A stretch of 64,000 nt of DNA from Vicugna vicugna (Eukaryota): positions 9,777,009-9,841,008 of the forward strand of contig MU058781.1 in the NCBI GenBank assembly GCA_013265495.1. The letters are read 5' to 3'. Positions 1 through 15,290 of the stretch are shown one piece after another. The translations under genes were made by a program, and so were the position numbers. Each line of letters starts with the position of its first letter. Positions within the stretch are counted from its first letter, which is position 1. Below the pieces are notes generated by a model. That model saw only the letters and a list, made by a program, of their open reading frames with translations, did not search any database and was not told the origin of the DNA.

Positions 1-1129
1 TCCAGGTGTTGCTCTGCCCTTTTGGTCAGTAGGCTCCCAGCACTCCAACCTCCTCTGCACAGTGTCCCACCACCCTTGACCCATCTGTACCCCATAGGCT
101 TGTTTCTCACAGTCCTCCTGACGATGACATTCATACCCCTGGCTGCTGTCCCTCTACCTCGGCTCTTTTTGTGCCCTCATTGATCAATATTGTTTCACCT
201 GAAACTGGAAGAGGTTTTAATTTACTTTTTTTTTTTCCCTACTTGCTCAACATCTGTGGACCAGCTCAGGCTTAGGCAATTCAGCAAAACGTCTCTGCCA
301 TTTGGTGAGCTACAAGTTCACCTTTTCCAGGAAAGTCTTAATTGAGCTTTGGGGAGGGGACCCCCTTCCGAGTTTGTTCCTCCTTGAGTATTCTCTCTCA
401 AATTTATGTTATTCTGTAGAGTTTTCTTTATATTTTCATTGTTACCTTTCATTAAAGTTCATTATTCTTTTCTATAGTTACTGCGAACTTTATTTATAAA
501 GGAGTCTTAAATTAGTTGTATCATGCCTTGTGTTTGTACCGAGTACAGTGACCCTTCAGAGCTACGGGAGAAGGGCTCAGTAACTCAATAGTTAATTATT
601 CTTTTTATCAAATCTTCTCTGTTCAAATCACTGTGTGTTTTCTGTCGCCTGATGAGAGTCTATCTGATACGTTACTTACGAAAACAAATTTGCACTCAGC
701 ATACAATAAACTGCACATCTATAAAGTGTGCAGTTTGTTATGTTCGACATATGAGTACACCCATACTATACAATCAAGATATGAATGTATCCATTATCCC
801 CAAATGTTTTTTTCATTTCAAGTGGTATTGTGGGTACATCGGGATCAGTTTATGGGATTCATAGTCACTTTCATGTAGAGTTAAATCACTGCTGGTCATT
901 CTGGTTTAGGAATGGCTTCTGGAACTACTTCTGTTGACTCCTACTCTCACTAGCATCTGTATAGGAAGGATCAGGGCCATATGAACATGTCCTGTGGTGC
1001 TGAGCATGGACCTGTGTGGCTAATGGAGGAAAAATAAGATGTATAATATATAAACATATGGATCCAAGAACTTGTATGTGGAAGATTGTTCTAAATTCTG
1101 CACTCATCTTAACAAAATCTTGATAGAGC

Positions 1130-1556
1130 TTGATAGAGATTTTTGTAAGTTATCAACAAAACTTTTAATTACATTACTAGTAATGCATCAAGAAGCTAAA
1201 AACTTTAAAAAAATATATCGATAATAAAAAATATATCAATAATAAAAAAATTTAATTAACCATGCTCAAGGAGAGACTAAATTAGCTACCATCTTTGCAA
1301 AAGAGGCAATCAAAGAGACTGAAGCCAAAAACCACGAGCACAATTTATTGTAGAGGTGAGCCTGTCAGGTTATTAATAGGAATGTTTATTTTCCTTTGAT
1401 TATTTGTGGTATTTATCAGCTTTTATATGTTGAAATCTGTTATGATTTATTTTTCATTCCAAGTATTTATACTTAATTTTGAACTCATAATTTTGTTTTT
1501 TTTCTTATAATGTGTCCCCTAAAATGCTTTGAGCCCCACAATCTGGATCTGCCCCT
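1130..1556 (+). mobile_element. Possible hAT (Tip100-like) transposon 3' remnant
   Basis: ACCATGCTCAAGGAGAGACTAAAT reads TMLKERLN, like the hAT dimerisation-domain motif TMxxERL; ends CTGGATCTGCCCCT, like a CAGGGGCGGATCCAG-type TIR. Confidence 0.4.
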
Positions 1557-4500
1557 ATCTCTAGGCATCATTTTACTTACATGTGTGAAAATCTACATGG
1601 AGCATAGGCTCCCAAGAGGAAGTAGGAAGACGAGTTCCTCCTCTATAATGTCCTCCAGCGCCTTCTGTTGACAAAGCTTATTGCCGTGCTTGCTGCCAAG
1701 AAGTGTTTAAACTTCCATCATCAGAAAGCCAGTAAAGAAAAGCAGACTGGGGCTGAAAGGCCATAAATTGCCCAATATATGGAATTTTTTTATGATGACA
1801 GAGACCATGTGAGGGTCTTGAAAATGCTGAACATGGTGATGATCATGACAATGGCAATAATGGATGGTGATGACAGTGATGATTGGTGGCTGTTTTATGT
1901 TTAGAGACCAAGTTAAATGCATTAACTACCTTTGCAGATTTGAATGACACATCAAAGTTTTCTTCTTTATCTCTTATCAAAATTGTACCTATTACAGTTT
2001 AAACTTACTCTGTTTTGGTATACTCTTAACTACACAGTGAGCGCCTCTGGTCGGTGTTTATCCTGTATTTCTACATGTGATCAGTGTCTGTGATGACTCT
2101 GTTTTATGAATCCAAAATCAGAGCACACAGCTTTTCCCTAGGTGACACTTTTATGGCATATACGGCATGATATTTAATGCCTTATACAAATGTCCAGTTA
2201 ATTTGTATTTATTTATATACTTAATTCATCGCCTTTATTATAAAAATACATGAAAACTGAAATTATTTTGAGTAAACATTTCACATAGATATTAAAGTAC
2301 ATGAAAACTAGTGGAAAATTAGGGACAATGTTATTTAGAGTATTATTTGTCTAGTCTTCAATTGTAATGTTTTCAGGTGTGTTTTTTCGTTTAAAAGTTA
2401 GCATCGAAATTGGTGGCTTCAGGCCTATTTTAGGTTCAAAGCAAAGGTTAGAAATGCTCTTGTGTAATATACCTTAAGAATTATTCAGCAGAGCATAAGA
2501 CAATTCATAACTATACTTTTATCATCTTTTATTTATCTGACAAACATCTTTTTCAGATGTCTATATTTTGCTTTTATTCTTCATATGTATCTTGTTAGTT
2601 TGAATTGATCCCTTTCCTTTTTTTCTCTCTTTGTCGTTTTTTTTTTCACAGTCAGGTTGCTCAATCCCAAGACAAAGAGCTCTTGGATAATGGAATAGAA
2701 AAAGGGTTAAAGAATGGTTTAGAACTAATTCAAGAAAGAACAATTCGATTCCTACTTGGTGAAGGACACAGAGACTGAATCAGATGGGGCTGTGGAGCCT
2801 GGGGAGGAAATTGTGAGTACTCACTCTTGATTGAGTATCATTATCCTCCTGTGGTCGAGGAAGATGATTGTTATAATTAGCAACAAATGTCATGGGCAAC
2901 TATAATTTACCTTTCCCTGTAACAACTGATAGTTTACCTTTTTCAGTGCCTTCTTCTATCTACCCACCTTGTCAGTCTCCCCGCCCCTCCATCACAATCA
3001 AGTATAGAGTGAAATGTATTTGTCTTACAGTGTTGTATTTCAGTGTATTCTGACAGCAATGATGTGACTATGAATTTTTTAAAAAGTCATTAAATAGTCA
3101 CTAATCCAAATTTCACCATCTTTTAAAATTAAAGTCCCTACTAGGAGAAATTAGAAACCACAGGGTTACATATTAGGCATGCACGAGAGATCCTTTGAGA
3201 TATTTTAGGACCATTTCTTATTAATCTTACTTGTAAGTATAGTATAAATGGATGCTGTTTATTTTCTTGCACCGTTCCTTTAAGGACAATTTTAATAGTC
3301 TTAGGATTTTATTTATAATGTATTTTTTCAGTTCCTCTTGAATTTATTGTCATAATTCAATAGAAGTACGTGTAACTCAACTTGAATTTTAACAATAGAT
3401 TGCAAAGCACAGTGTTTTATAAAGCATCATATAACTAATTGTGAAGAATATTTCACTAACATTTATCTGTGCTAGGTATTTACTCTATGATAGAGATGTT
3501 GAATTGCCTTTATATGAAAGTAGTTCAAGTGCTCTTTTTAGGAAATACCCCACTGTTTTGGGATTTGTACTAAATCTAGATGAAGAGGTCCCATTGCAGA
3601 TTTTAAATAACAGAATATTATATTGAGAGTAGTAATTAAATGAAAAAAAATCAATGTAGTAAATAAGTGATAAATCTAGGGCAAAGATGAGTGTTCCCAC
3701 ACTGAGGACAGATGTGAATAATACCTCATAATGATGTGTTTTCGTGTCATATGTGTAGCTGCTGCTCTGACATTTCTGCTTCTCTTACTGCCACACTTTT
3801 AGGATGAATGGTCAACATCTCATGTCTGTGTGTTTACTCTATATCCTTATGATCTGAATTAATTCTGTATCTTTTCTGAGACTGTTACAGAGTACCATTA
3901 ATACATTCTTTTAACCATATCTGATGGCCTTGGCTCAGTGTTCATTCTCCATAACATCTCTGCAAATTTTAATATTTTGAACCATGCATTGTTGAAACAA
4001 TTGTCTTTTGAGGCATTGATTCTGGGCTGTCTTCTGTCATCTGGACTGCTCCTTATTTCACTGGTTTTTTTGTCCACTCTTCTGAATGTGTGTGTTCTGT
4101 AATGCTCGTTTCTAGAATATCTGTTCTTTTCCTCCTCCTTTGGGGAATATCTGATTTCTCAACTGTCATTTCTCTGTGGATAAGACTATGATAACTAACA
4201 GTTTTCCACCTCTAGACTTCTTGTCTTGAATATCCTAGAGTGAAGGAAAATGAGAGAATTAACATAATTAAGGAATTTTTTTTTTTTTTGCTGTTGATCA
4301 TAAAACTGTCTATCTAGTTAGAGTGTTGGAACTATGGAAATAATTGGAAAGAGGAAGATTCTGTTAGTCAAAACAAAACTGGTGTTTGTTTTTATTTTTG
4401 CTCTAATTTGAAAGACAATTTTTTTTCTTTAAAATGTATTTTAATTTTTCATTCTTCACTTAAATTTTGAGGTGGTTCTTGTGTTGTTGCATAACTTTTG

Positions 4501-7500
4501 GCTAAAGGTTAATGAAAGATGTGCTATATCTGATAATTTTCAAGTAATTATTTCAGGTACTAAGCAAAGGTATATAGTTTTTGAGACAATGGGAAAACTC
4601 GATTAATGTTTATACTCAAATTTATATTAATAGCATCAGGACAAGTCCATTATTTTAAAACACTTGCTGATTTTACTGGCAATGACTACGGTACAATATA
4701 ATAATAATTTTTATTTATAAAAGCCTTTTAAGCTACATACTCAGAGTGCCTAGATCTCAAATGACACTCAAGGTTGTCTCTTCTTTTTGTAATTTCACTT
4801 TCTGAGGCCTGATGAATGTATTTGCGTAGGGTTCATTCTTCTGATTTCTGGGGTCACAAAGGCCAAATTTATTGCATGTGTTTAGATTATTATAGGACTA
4901 CCCAGTAAAGTCTTGATTTTTTAAAAAACCATATTATTCTTGTATAAGGTTAGTATTTAAAACAGAAAAACAAAACTTCTGTGTGAAAGTCCTACACTAG
5001 GGCACAAATTAGATTTTTGTTTACTAAATAAAATATGACTATAGGACCATGAGCCTAATTTTTCTATGACTGTGGGATTTGTCTTATCTTAAAATCACAC
5101 GCTGACTATTCTTGTTACCATAAGAGAACAAAGAATAGTTCGCTGCCTAACGCTTGGTTTTGCTAATGAAGAAAATATCTCTTCGCCACCACTAAGCTGT
5201 CGGAAGGCATTGCATAAAGAGGCTCCACAGTTGCTTCTTAGAAGTTAAGAGCGTATTTGCTTAACAGGTTGATTTTCTCCTCTAGTTTCATTTTGTTCAC
5301 ATTCATTCACCTCTTCTTTATCAGTTTCCTTCGTTTCCAAAATGTTTAGCTAATTATTATTTATCAAATTTAAAATTTGAAAGATAGTTTTACCAAAAAG
5401 AGTTTTTTCTTTTGTACCTCACTTTCTGAATTGAAAATACCTACATGTTCACATACAGCATGCAGCATAAAATTGTATTTGACAGTAAATAAAATGTTAT
5501 ACCAAGTATTTGATGGAAGAAATAAAATCTTAAAATGATAGAGAACATATAACTAGAAAAACCACTGCACGTTGTCAAATATTTGTTATAAAAACATATT
5601 GAAATAGAAAATCCATGTTACTAAAAACAGTTTTAAAATATGGCTACTCTGAAAATTTTGGGATGGAAATATTCCTGTTAAGCTTTTTTGAAAATTTCTG
5701 TTCAAACTAATCAGTAAATTGGAGTACATGAATTACCAAATATTGCAAGACTTACAAAAATACCATCATAGTCACATCCTTTTTAAATTCATTCTATGGT
5801 CTATTGGCTCTAAAACGATAGTAATATTATGATAAAACTGTTGAAGGGAATTTTGGGATATATGTAGTAGTTGAAGAAAATGATACCTGTGTGACATAGA
5901 GCAAAAAATTGATATTAGAAGTAATTCACAAAAGATTCAAATTTTATAACAAATGATTCAAGAAGTCTTATAGTATGCTAATTTAATGTATATATACTAA
6001 ACATTTTGAAATTAGTTCCATTTCACAATTAAACTTTTCACAAATAGTCTTAGCTAAAACAACAACAATAGCAATCTCCCTCATCCCCTAAAAATCTCTG
6101 ACACTTTAGGGGAAATCAATTTAATTTTATTTTTAAACTTTTAAGAATATCATGGAGTTATGCTTTTCATGTTCAGTTCTGTTCCGAAGCAATAAAAACA
6201 AAAGTCCACGATATACTTATTTTGTCCTCCTCCAATCTTAGACTGATTGTATCGTTAGTCATCTGATTAAAAGTGTACACCAGCTTTGTTTTCTTGTCTT
6301 TTTTTTTTTTTAAACAAAGCAGGCTACTCAATTCCACATTGTTCCTGAAGAGAAAACAGGTTGTCAGCAAGTCTTCTACTATTGTAGATTTAAAGGAGAT
6401 TCAGAACAGAACAAGAAAGCATAACATCACTGAGTCAATTGAAAATAATTTAAACTTCAAAAGATTAAGAAAAACCATGATAGGGATATTAAATACATGT
6501 TGTACAAACCTCTACACTGCCACAAGTGGACCAAAAATCAGCACTAAGCTTTTTAACAATTAACTGAAAATGGTAACCTGAACAGTTCCATAATTCACAG
6601 AGTTTATATGTTTAAAAGTAGACCAATTGTTTCAGAGGCACAATTATTTTGTGTACTAATTCCAGAAAGAAGTTTCATGTAAGGTTTCTCATTAGGAGGA
6701 AAGTGTAAACAATGAGGGTAATGTAAACTACATTCTCTGTGAGATTTCTACAGAAGAGTTCAGAAGGTCTATTTTTAAAAAAATGATATACTTTGTAGTT
6801 AATAATTGTCTATTATAATATGACATATTAATATATGTAAATTAACATGTAAATACAGCAATTAACCACATACATATATTACATATTAAGTATATGTTTT
6901 CTTAGAGTATGACAACAAAGCAGAAAATAGAGAGGGCATCTTAGGTTCTATGGAAGTGCAAGGTGTTAAGTACCATGAACCAGCAAGGGCTTTAACAGAC
7001 ACCTGGCCATGCTATTTGTTCCCAAAGTAGGGGGTTCAGGTGCATCACTCAAAGACAAGTTATTAATTTGGCAAACTATCCATACAACTGCCTTATAATT
7101 TATGATCTTATGCAATAGGTTAACCCATTTGTTTCTCTAGGTATCTATTTTGCAATCAGTTTTACTATATAGAGAATGACCTGCTATTCAAGATTAACTG
7201 CTCTAAGGGTACTTTCCTTATACTTAAAAAAAAAAAAAAAGGCCAAAGAGCACACATGATTGGTTTGCCTGCGTGTATAATTTTCTCCATCCACCCTTGC
7301 TAGAGAACTTTGGGGACCTGTTGGTCCCTTCATCTGTATGTATGAAATTACATCATGAGGAACTTCTTGCATCTTCCCCTAGGGAGTGAGAGGCTTCCTA
7401 TGCACCCTATGTCCTGTTGGGTGGGCACATTAGCTTACCTAAGAGAATGTTAGTCCATCCCAATTCAGGCATATGCTTCTAAGCTAAGGCACAACATGGG

Positions 7501-7597
7501 ACAGCTGCACTCTAGGTAACTGTCAAGGGATACTACCTGAAGCTCCCTGCTGCTCCAATTTTATGAAAAGCTCAGTTGAACAAAAGTATATTTATAA

Positions 7598-7652
7598 ACA
7601 CACACACACCCACACCCACCCACACACACACACACCCACACACCCACCCACC
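7598..7652 (+). repeat. Compound (CA)n/(CACC)n microsatellite
   Basis: Directly visible. Confidence 0.95.
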
Positions 7653-8894
7653 ACTGGAAGGACATGAGTCCAGCTGCATTAACTACGTTAATTGCTTATT
7701 GCTGTTGGCCCCTCGTATAATTGCCTTTACTGAATTGCTTTAGTGCAATGCCCCAGCCTGGAGTGAGTAATTTTATAAGAAATGGTCTTATGAAGCATGC
7801 TCCTGCATTTAGTGTAAGAATGCTGTTGGGTTTATTTCATCACCCGGTATCATCTTTATGAGGATTCATGGGGCAAGACTCTCTTACATTTCAAAAATTG
7901 CAGAATCTGTCCTGGGCCCCATTCCACCCCCGCCAACCTGTGCTAGGAATAAGGTACCTGATTGGGCCACATCTGAATCCTCAGCTCCCTGGCTCTGTCC
8001 CCCAAGGCCCCCTTGCCCTGGATGCCAGAAAAGGTAGAGTCAACATAGGACCTTCTCCTAGCAAAGGTCTGGATCCACAGGCAGCTTGTGTATTCACTTT
8101 AGTCTTGTCTTTAACCCATTTCTTCTATTGTCATTTCCCCTTGATTCCATTTTTTATCCTCTTAGTTTTTATTTTATCTTCTCTTAGTGTGGCGTATGGA
8201 TTTTGAAAGCTCCCTTAAATAATTTATGGAAGTGATTGTGAGACTTTTGAGAACAGTAAAGGCCTTGACCTTTCATTGTTACACGTCCTCCGAGTCTAAG
8301 GACCCCTGTGTTCTTTAAGCTGCACCCATGTGCGGTCAGACTGTGCTCAAGATTGGCTCATTCTTCCCTCTGCAGGATTTTTCTGTACTGAAAAAACGGT
8401 ATTTTACCGCCTTCCCCAGGGAGGGCGTGAAACACGGTTACTGTTGCATGTCACTTGTGCTGTGCTCTTTGCGCATATAGATTTTAATATAAAATTTAAG
8501 TGTTCTTGGAAGGATTAGATTCTGTGAGCTTAACGTTTTTGATGACTCAAATTGTCACTCAGTTTCTTGAGTGATTTAGTAAAAGATCTGAACTCTTCTC
8601 TGATATAAATACACTCATTTAATTAAAAAAATGAAATGTTACATAATTTTCTTGATAGGAGTCAACAGTAAAGCAGAAATTCTGAGAAATGCTGTTACTA
8701 AACATTGTCAGTAAACTCATTTCTCCTGTGTCTGAAGATACTTCTCACTTAAATGGGGTAACAGTGATTCAGTAAATCCTGTGAGTCACTTGAGCAGTCA
8801 GACTTTTTGACTAACCGAGAAGAATGTGGGAAAATCATCTTGATCAGTTTATCACTCATTGACACTCACCCTCTATTCCTACTGTCTACGACTC

Positions 8895-9340
8895 TGGACC
8901 CTGTGCTGTTTTAGGTATTGAGGATGTAGTGATGAAAATTCAAAATCTCTGTCCTCGTGGAACTTATATTCTAGTCAGGAAAGACATAATAAACACACTA
9001 ATGAATTCATAAACAAACAGATGAGATCATTTCAGATGGTTGTGGATGCTATGCAGAAAAAGAGGTGGCTAAATGTGGTGATGATTCTGGTCAGAGGGAT
9101 GGGACAGGCCAGGGACCTTTGATACAAGACCTGAACGATGAGGGAACCAGCCATGCAGAGATGTGGGGAAAGAATCCTCCAGGCGAAGAGAATAACTAGT
9201 GCAAAGGATCTGAAATGGGAGCAGGTTTGCATGCTCAGGGTCCAGGGAGAAGTCCTTTGTGGTTTGACCACAGAAATGTCACAAGTGGAGAGCCAGGAGG
9301 ATGAGAGGCAGCCAGAGAGCAGGTCACTTGGGTTATAAGC
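8895..9340 (-). mobile_element. L2 LINE fragment
   Basis: CTGTGCTGTTTTAGGTATTGAGGAT..CTGTCCTCGTGGAACTTATATTCTAGT..CCAGGCGAAGAGAATAACTAGTGCAAAGG. Confidence 0.7.
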
Positions 9341-9870
9341 TGTGCAAGTCTTTTCTGTGGGGACCTTGAGAATGTCACCTAACTGGTCTTGGTCTCAGTG
9401 TCCAGAAGTAAATGGGGAGGATGAAAGCTACGTCATAGGCTTTTTTTTTTGTGTGTGTGCAGATGTTGCATGTTAATCAATGGTAGGTGCTTGGAAGACT
9501 GATTGGCACTTGGTAAGAAGTATATGTGTTATCTATTATTATTACGTAGATAGCCATGGTATAAATTTCCTCTGGCTAATAATCTCATGCCCTGATAGAC
9601 TTTTAAAGCTAGAATAAGTCTTAGTAATCATATGCAGTCTTGACATTTTACAGATGAGGTTTTAGCTCAAGAGAGGTCACATGGCTATAGGAGTTCCACA
9701 ACTAGTACGTGAATGTTTAGACTAGAGTCTTGATCTGCTGACTCAAGCCAAGACCTTCCTCTATTAGACAGTGTTGGTCTTTAGTTACCAACCTAGTGGC
9801 TTAGATTTATTTTCCTTAGTATTCACCTTGTAGGGTTGTATTTAGAAAAGTATTATTGAACCTGTTTTTG

Positions 9871-9914
9871 TATATATATATACACATATATATATATATA
9901 TATTTTTTTTTTTT
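9871..9914 (+). repeat. Interrupted (TA)n followed by polyT
   Basis: Directly visible. Confidence 0.9.
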
Positions 9915-12699
9915 GTAGAGAATGAGATAGTTACCATGTTGGTAAGTGAATTTACAAGCTAATGATTTACTGATAATTAAAAGAAATTTGGAAATAATTC
10001 AAATTCCAGATTATTCTGTTTTAACTAACAGATTAGCCACAGATTCAAATACCCTATTTGTAGCTTTAGCCTTTATACTTTTTGAGTAAGGATGGACCTA
10101 TGAAAATAGTTTTATTGTATCATCCATCCATTTATTCATTCATTCCCTCTTCTGTGGCCAATATGAAGTGCCTGCCCTCATGGAAATTATACTCTAGTCA
10201 GAGAGGTAGGTAATAAACACATGAATAAATTAACAAATAATAAAAGGAGTAATTTCAGAGTAGTCCCCACAATATTTTAAAATGGGGAAATCAATCAGTG
10301 ATTTGTCATTATTATAGATAAGAATGTTAATCACTAAAACTGGAAGAGCTAATCATACTGGAAGTAATTAACTCATTTAAACAATTTATTTTCCAAGCCT
10401 CAGTCCTCTAGCCTCACTACCTACCAATAAACTAATGTTTTGCATAAATTTGAATGTAGTTATTATGCATATGATGTTGTTAACACTGGGGTTTAGGTTA
10501 ATATGTAGCATAGTCTTTATTAAACCATCACTGTATACGGCTACATTTTTTTATCCAAAGTGTATGATTTGGTGACTTGGAATAATTTAAAATTTTAACC
10601 TATCTCTTGCTACAACTTTGTTTTCCTCGACATAGGAAAGTTGGTTCCTGGGATAATTTTTCCCTTGGCTCTTTATAGGAAATCACTTACCTAGGAAAGA
10701 TTTTGTTCCAAAAGTTCATTTGTAAGCCATTTTGAACTCATTTGCAATAGAAGTAGGCTTAACATGGTGATTGGTTTCAAGTACCAGTTCACAGAAATTT
10801 ATTTCTTTATTCTTGAAGCTGAAAGGTTATAGTAGTGATGTTTCCTTAAGTTCTGACATTTGGTTTGCAAGGAGTAAACAGAGGAGATACACTTCTCTCC
10901 TTCTCTGAGTTCAGAACGGGATCCAGTCCATTCCTCGAAGCTGACGTGATCTCCGCTTTGCACATTCTTCTCTGCCTTCTGCACCCCTGCCTTCCCATGG
11001 CACCCTTCTCTTTAGGCCCTTGTAAAGTTATAAGGGTTTTTTTCCCCAGTAAAAGCTGTGTCCTTTATTCTGTTTTCCATTTTATTGTAATAGTAACCAA
11101 AATTGATAACTGGGTATACAAAATGAATATTTTATTTTCAAGATACCAAGCATTTATTTCACACTGTTGAAATGACTTCTTTTAATGTGTGTTCAGATAA
11201 CTGTTTTTAGGAGCCAAGAACTTATTTTCTCAGGGTCGCTTTCCTTTCTTCTTTAACTGCACCTCCTGTTCAGTCAGGGCTGCAGCTGACTTGTCCTCCA
11301 ATGTTCATAGAATGTCCTTGTTTCTTGCTCTGAGACAGTACATGGGATTTGAAAGTCTGTGAGGTATCACTCAAGGCCAGCTTAGTCCTGTAAAGGAAGG
11401 CTGAAAAATTATAACGATGTTATTCTATTAGTTTGGGTTCACCCTGCTTTTGGCATCTGCTTTATTCTCTATATTGTCTTTGTGCACATTGCTGTCACTT
11501 TAGAGAAATATGCCACACGGAGTCCTAGCCTAAGCAAAAAGCAAATGCAAGCAGTGAGTTTATCCCACACCACTCTAAAGGCAGTGCATAGGTCTGCTGC
11601 CCGCCAGAAATAGATGCAGTTTACAGTATGTTCAATGCCATGGCTCGTATTTTTTCATTTCCTCTTCCCAGATGAATAAATGGGGGGAAAAGAGAAAAAA
11701 TTACTCCCATAAAAAGTACATTTTTCCCCTCTGTTCAATTATGGAGGGACATCTATAAACACAGGCATAGAGCCCATGTTTTCAAAATGTTGTTTGATAG
11801 TCACTTTAGCTTCCAAATAAAAATTGTTTGAAAATACATTTAGGACATATAAGCAGAAATATTGACATGTGGTATGTGATGTTTGGCTGAGTTCATGGAT
11901 GCTATATGAACCTGCCTGCAGGAGCTTTGCTGGTAATTGTGTAACCTAGGAAGACACGGTCACGGATACAGACATTAGGGATCTATGGAAATTTAGTAGT
12001 CATGTAGGAGAATTTATTTGGTGATTAAAGGAGTGTAACTTACACCAAATGTGAATAAAATTAATGAGACTTTTTAGAAATAGCTGAACTATTCAGTTTT
12101 TATTTTTGCAATTTCCGAAAGATGCAATTTACTGGGCCCAAGGTCACCATGGCAAACGTGACCTTTGTCAATATCTACTGTTGAATTCTGGTTTCCAGGC
12201 TGCTTAAGGTATAGCATTTATTTGTTCATTGCAACTTTACCTCTGAAGTTTAAAGCACATATGCTTATAGCGTACTTAAAGTTTTAAGGTAAATAGATAT
12301 ATGAGAGAGAGCAAGATTTGCGGCAGTATATGCCCAAAACTGTGTTTACTTGAAAAGTAGAATTTCAAAGAGACAGTCAAATTTATTGGAAAGCACATTG
12401 GAGTAAACTTAGGAAACTTTGTTTCTATTTCTACTTTTGCCATCTAATTTTAGGAGTTTAGGTAAGCGACTTAATTATTCTTGTATTTTTTAAAATATAT
12501 CTCTAAAATGGGAGGATCGTCTAGTTGATTTCCAGGGTTCCTTCCTTTTCTACATATCCAATGAATCCCAGTGGGTAATTATCTGGGTTAAAAAAAAACC
12601 CTTTTATATGCCAAGAATATTAGCTGAAATATCTACAAAATTATATAAAATGCAAAGAGAAGAAATCTGAATCATTGATTTTTTTAAACAACTTTTTTA

Positions 12700-13402
12700 C
12701 CTGATCTGTGGTATGTATCTGTATTTATGTTTTTGTTTCTGGGCAGAGGCAGCAAGTTTTAGGCTCTTGGGGATAAAGAGAGTTTTCAGGCCCTGCTGCC
12801 TGGGTGGTTGGATCCCATCAGTTGGGTCTACCTACTCACCCTTGTATCCCCATTGTGAAAGGGAGTTTGAGGCTGGTGGAGGCTTCCCCGCCAGGTACTT
12901 GTTCTGACAGGATCTTCCCTGCTGTGGGGGACCAAGAGTGCTTCCTAGGCTGGCCTGCTTGCCGTGGTGGGATCGCCTTACAGGCGCCCCCTGGACGGGA
13001 GTCACAGGCAAGGGGGTGAATAGGCTTCCAGTACCCAGTTGCTTGTGCGTTATCTCTTGCTGTGCCGTGTGTGGCAGCCTCGGAGTCTTCCCCGGGGGAG
13101 TGCTTCTCCCCATCCGTCCCCCTTGCTGATTTGCCCAGCTCACCTGGTGTCCGTTCAGATTCAGTCCTGGGGAGGAATGGCCCTACTCAGGCTACCTTCT
13201 GATGTTAGGTTGGAGGTCAGGACAGTCTAGGCCTGGGTTTTGCCTTTTGCTGTTAGATGCTGCTGTGTTGCTCCTTCAGGTCCCAAAACTAGTTCACCTT
13301 CTTCTTACCAACTATCAGAGGTCTCCTTTAGTGACCTTTGGTTATTTCCAGAATCGGAGTGGTCACAGATTGATCCAAGCCATCCTGTCTGGGCCAGAAG
13401 TC
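12700..13402 (-). mobile_element. 5' end/UTR of an ancient L1 (L1M4/L1MC/L1MD-like)
   Basis: Minus strand begins GACTTCTGGCCCAGACAGGATGGC, like the GACTTCCGG..AAGATGG start of old L1s; GC-rich; no long intact frame. Confidence 0.65.
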
Positions 13403-14489
13403 TGAGGTCCGGTTTACACCTTGGGAAGACATTTCGGTGAATGAGGTTGTGGAGGAAGGTGGAAAAGACCCCACGGTAGGCAGAGAGGGTGGGGGTCCTG
13501 GAGCCCTTTCTCTTTGGAAGACACGGGGAGCTGAGAAAGTACACTAGATGAGAAGCACATTCGCCTCTGAGTGAGTACACTTGCTGCTTCATCCAACTTT
13601 ACGTCCTTTGTATTTCTTTGTTAATTCTCTTTACAAATGGATATATATAATGATATCCACATTACATTTGGAACTGTTTTTACAGGCCATTGCTCAGGTT
13701 TTGGCATGACTTAGATTTAAGCCCTTGAAAAGAAATCTATTGTAAAATTTGGATTATTTAGCGGTCGATGAATTGATGGAATAATAAAAGGACTAATGGT
13801 AATTACTTAATTGAGCTTACAAAATTTTATGTATGCATATGAAGAGAGATATTCACATATAATTTTATTCCCAACCCCTTGTGGCATTCTGAGAGCTCTG
13901 ATTTAAATTGTATGTAAAAGAAATTATTTTATTATGTGAGTTAAACAACTGTAGTATAATTGTGTGTATGCGTACAGAATCCATTAGTCCAGTGATCTTA
14001 AAAGTGACTGTCCTCATCCTTTTGGGAAGGAAATATTAGCATTTCTGTTTATTTTTATCTGTCATTTAAGTTGCATTTTGCGTATATTTTTAAATGTCAC
14101 AATAACTTAGAATAACAATAAATGAATATAATATTTTTACATCATCTGATTTTGAGCACTGATAGTCTAGTGTAAAATGAAAGTAATTTGGAGATTAGTC
14201 CTTTGGGAAATGGGAAAGTATCAATTTTCTGCATAAAAAGTTACTTTGGGGGAGTTGACTCTAAGATAATTTATATCATCTTTCAATTCAACTGAAGAGA
14301 GACAGAATGTTTAGAACATTCATGTTTGCGTGAGTTTGCGTAAAGCCTCAGAGATGGAAACATTTTTTTAAGTTGTGCGGAAGAGAAAGACATCTGCTTG
14401 GACAGGGCAGAGCTTGGGTCTGGGTGTGCAGGAGAGCACGGGTTTGCATGATTCAACAGAGGAAGTCGGCTGTTGCTGCTCTCAGTGGG

Positions 14490-14770
14490 CTCTAACCTGT
14501 CATTCAGAATCACTTTCCTGCCTTCACCAGTACTCCCTGAACTCCTCACTTTGCTTTACTGTTTCTTTTTCCATAACACAGCTGGTGTGTTAACATACTA
14601 CATAATATACTTGTATTCATGTTTACGGTGGGTTATCTGTCTTCCCCCAGCTAGAATGTAAGTTCCACATGGATAAGTGTCTACCTGCTTTGCTCATTTT
14701 TGTAAACTGAGCACCTACAATAGTGCTTGAGTCAAGTGGAAATTAACAAAATATTTGTTAAATGACCAAT
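14490..14770 (+). mobile_element. L2 3' end
   Basis: CTAGAATGTAAGTTCCA..GCACCTACAATAGTGCTTG..AAATATTTGTTAAATG. Confidence 0.7.
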
Positions 14771-15040
14771 AGCAGGATACTGGGCTGGCATATCAGTTTT
14801 AGGATTGAGTGGTTTTTAGTAGCTACTGCAGCTAAACTGTTCTGCAGTTCATGTTACAAGGTTAGACACTTTTCTGTTTTCTTTATTAGCATAAACATAA
14901 ACTACTTTAGGAGATAAGGTTTTAGACCCAATATGCTAGTTAGAATGTATCTTTGGGGAAAAAAAACTATTAGTTGATTTGCTTTTTTAATCCAAAATAT
15001 ACGTATATTCCTTTAAAAACACTTTACATATATATTAGTG

Positions 15041-15061
15041 TATATATATATATATATATAT
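15041..15061 (+). repeat. (TA)n microsatellite
   Basis: Directly visible. Confidence 0.9.
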
Positions 15062-15062
15062 G

Positions 15063-15290
15063 TATTTGTTTTAGGTATACAGCATAATGATTATATAATC
15101 ATTACTTATTACTAACACTGACATATAACATTATATTAGTTTCAGGTACACAATATAATGATTTGATATTTGCATATATTGCAGAATGATCACAATAAGT
15201 CTAGTCAACATTCGTCACTATATGGTTATATTTTTTCTTGTGATAAGAACTTTTAAGACCTTTTAGCAACTTTCAAATACACTGTTAAGT
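15063..15290 (-). mobile_element. L1 3' end fragment (L1MA9/L1_Art-like)
   Basis: TGACATATAACATTATATTAGTTTCAGGTACACAATATAATGATTTGATATTTG..AGAACTTTTAAGA. Confidence 0.75.

Noticed and set aside
12700..13600. GC-rich island with many overlapping ORFs, considered as a retrogene, hidden exon or endogenous viral element
   Set aside because: All minus-strand frames contain several stops and I recognise no protein family. The boundary near 13402 looks like the 5' start of an ancient L1, so a decayed L1 5'UTR is the simpler explanation. A Dfam search plus BLASTX would settle it.
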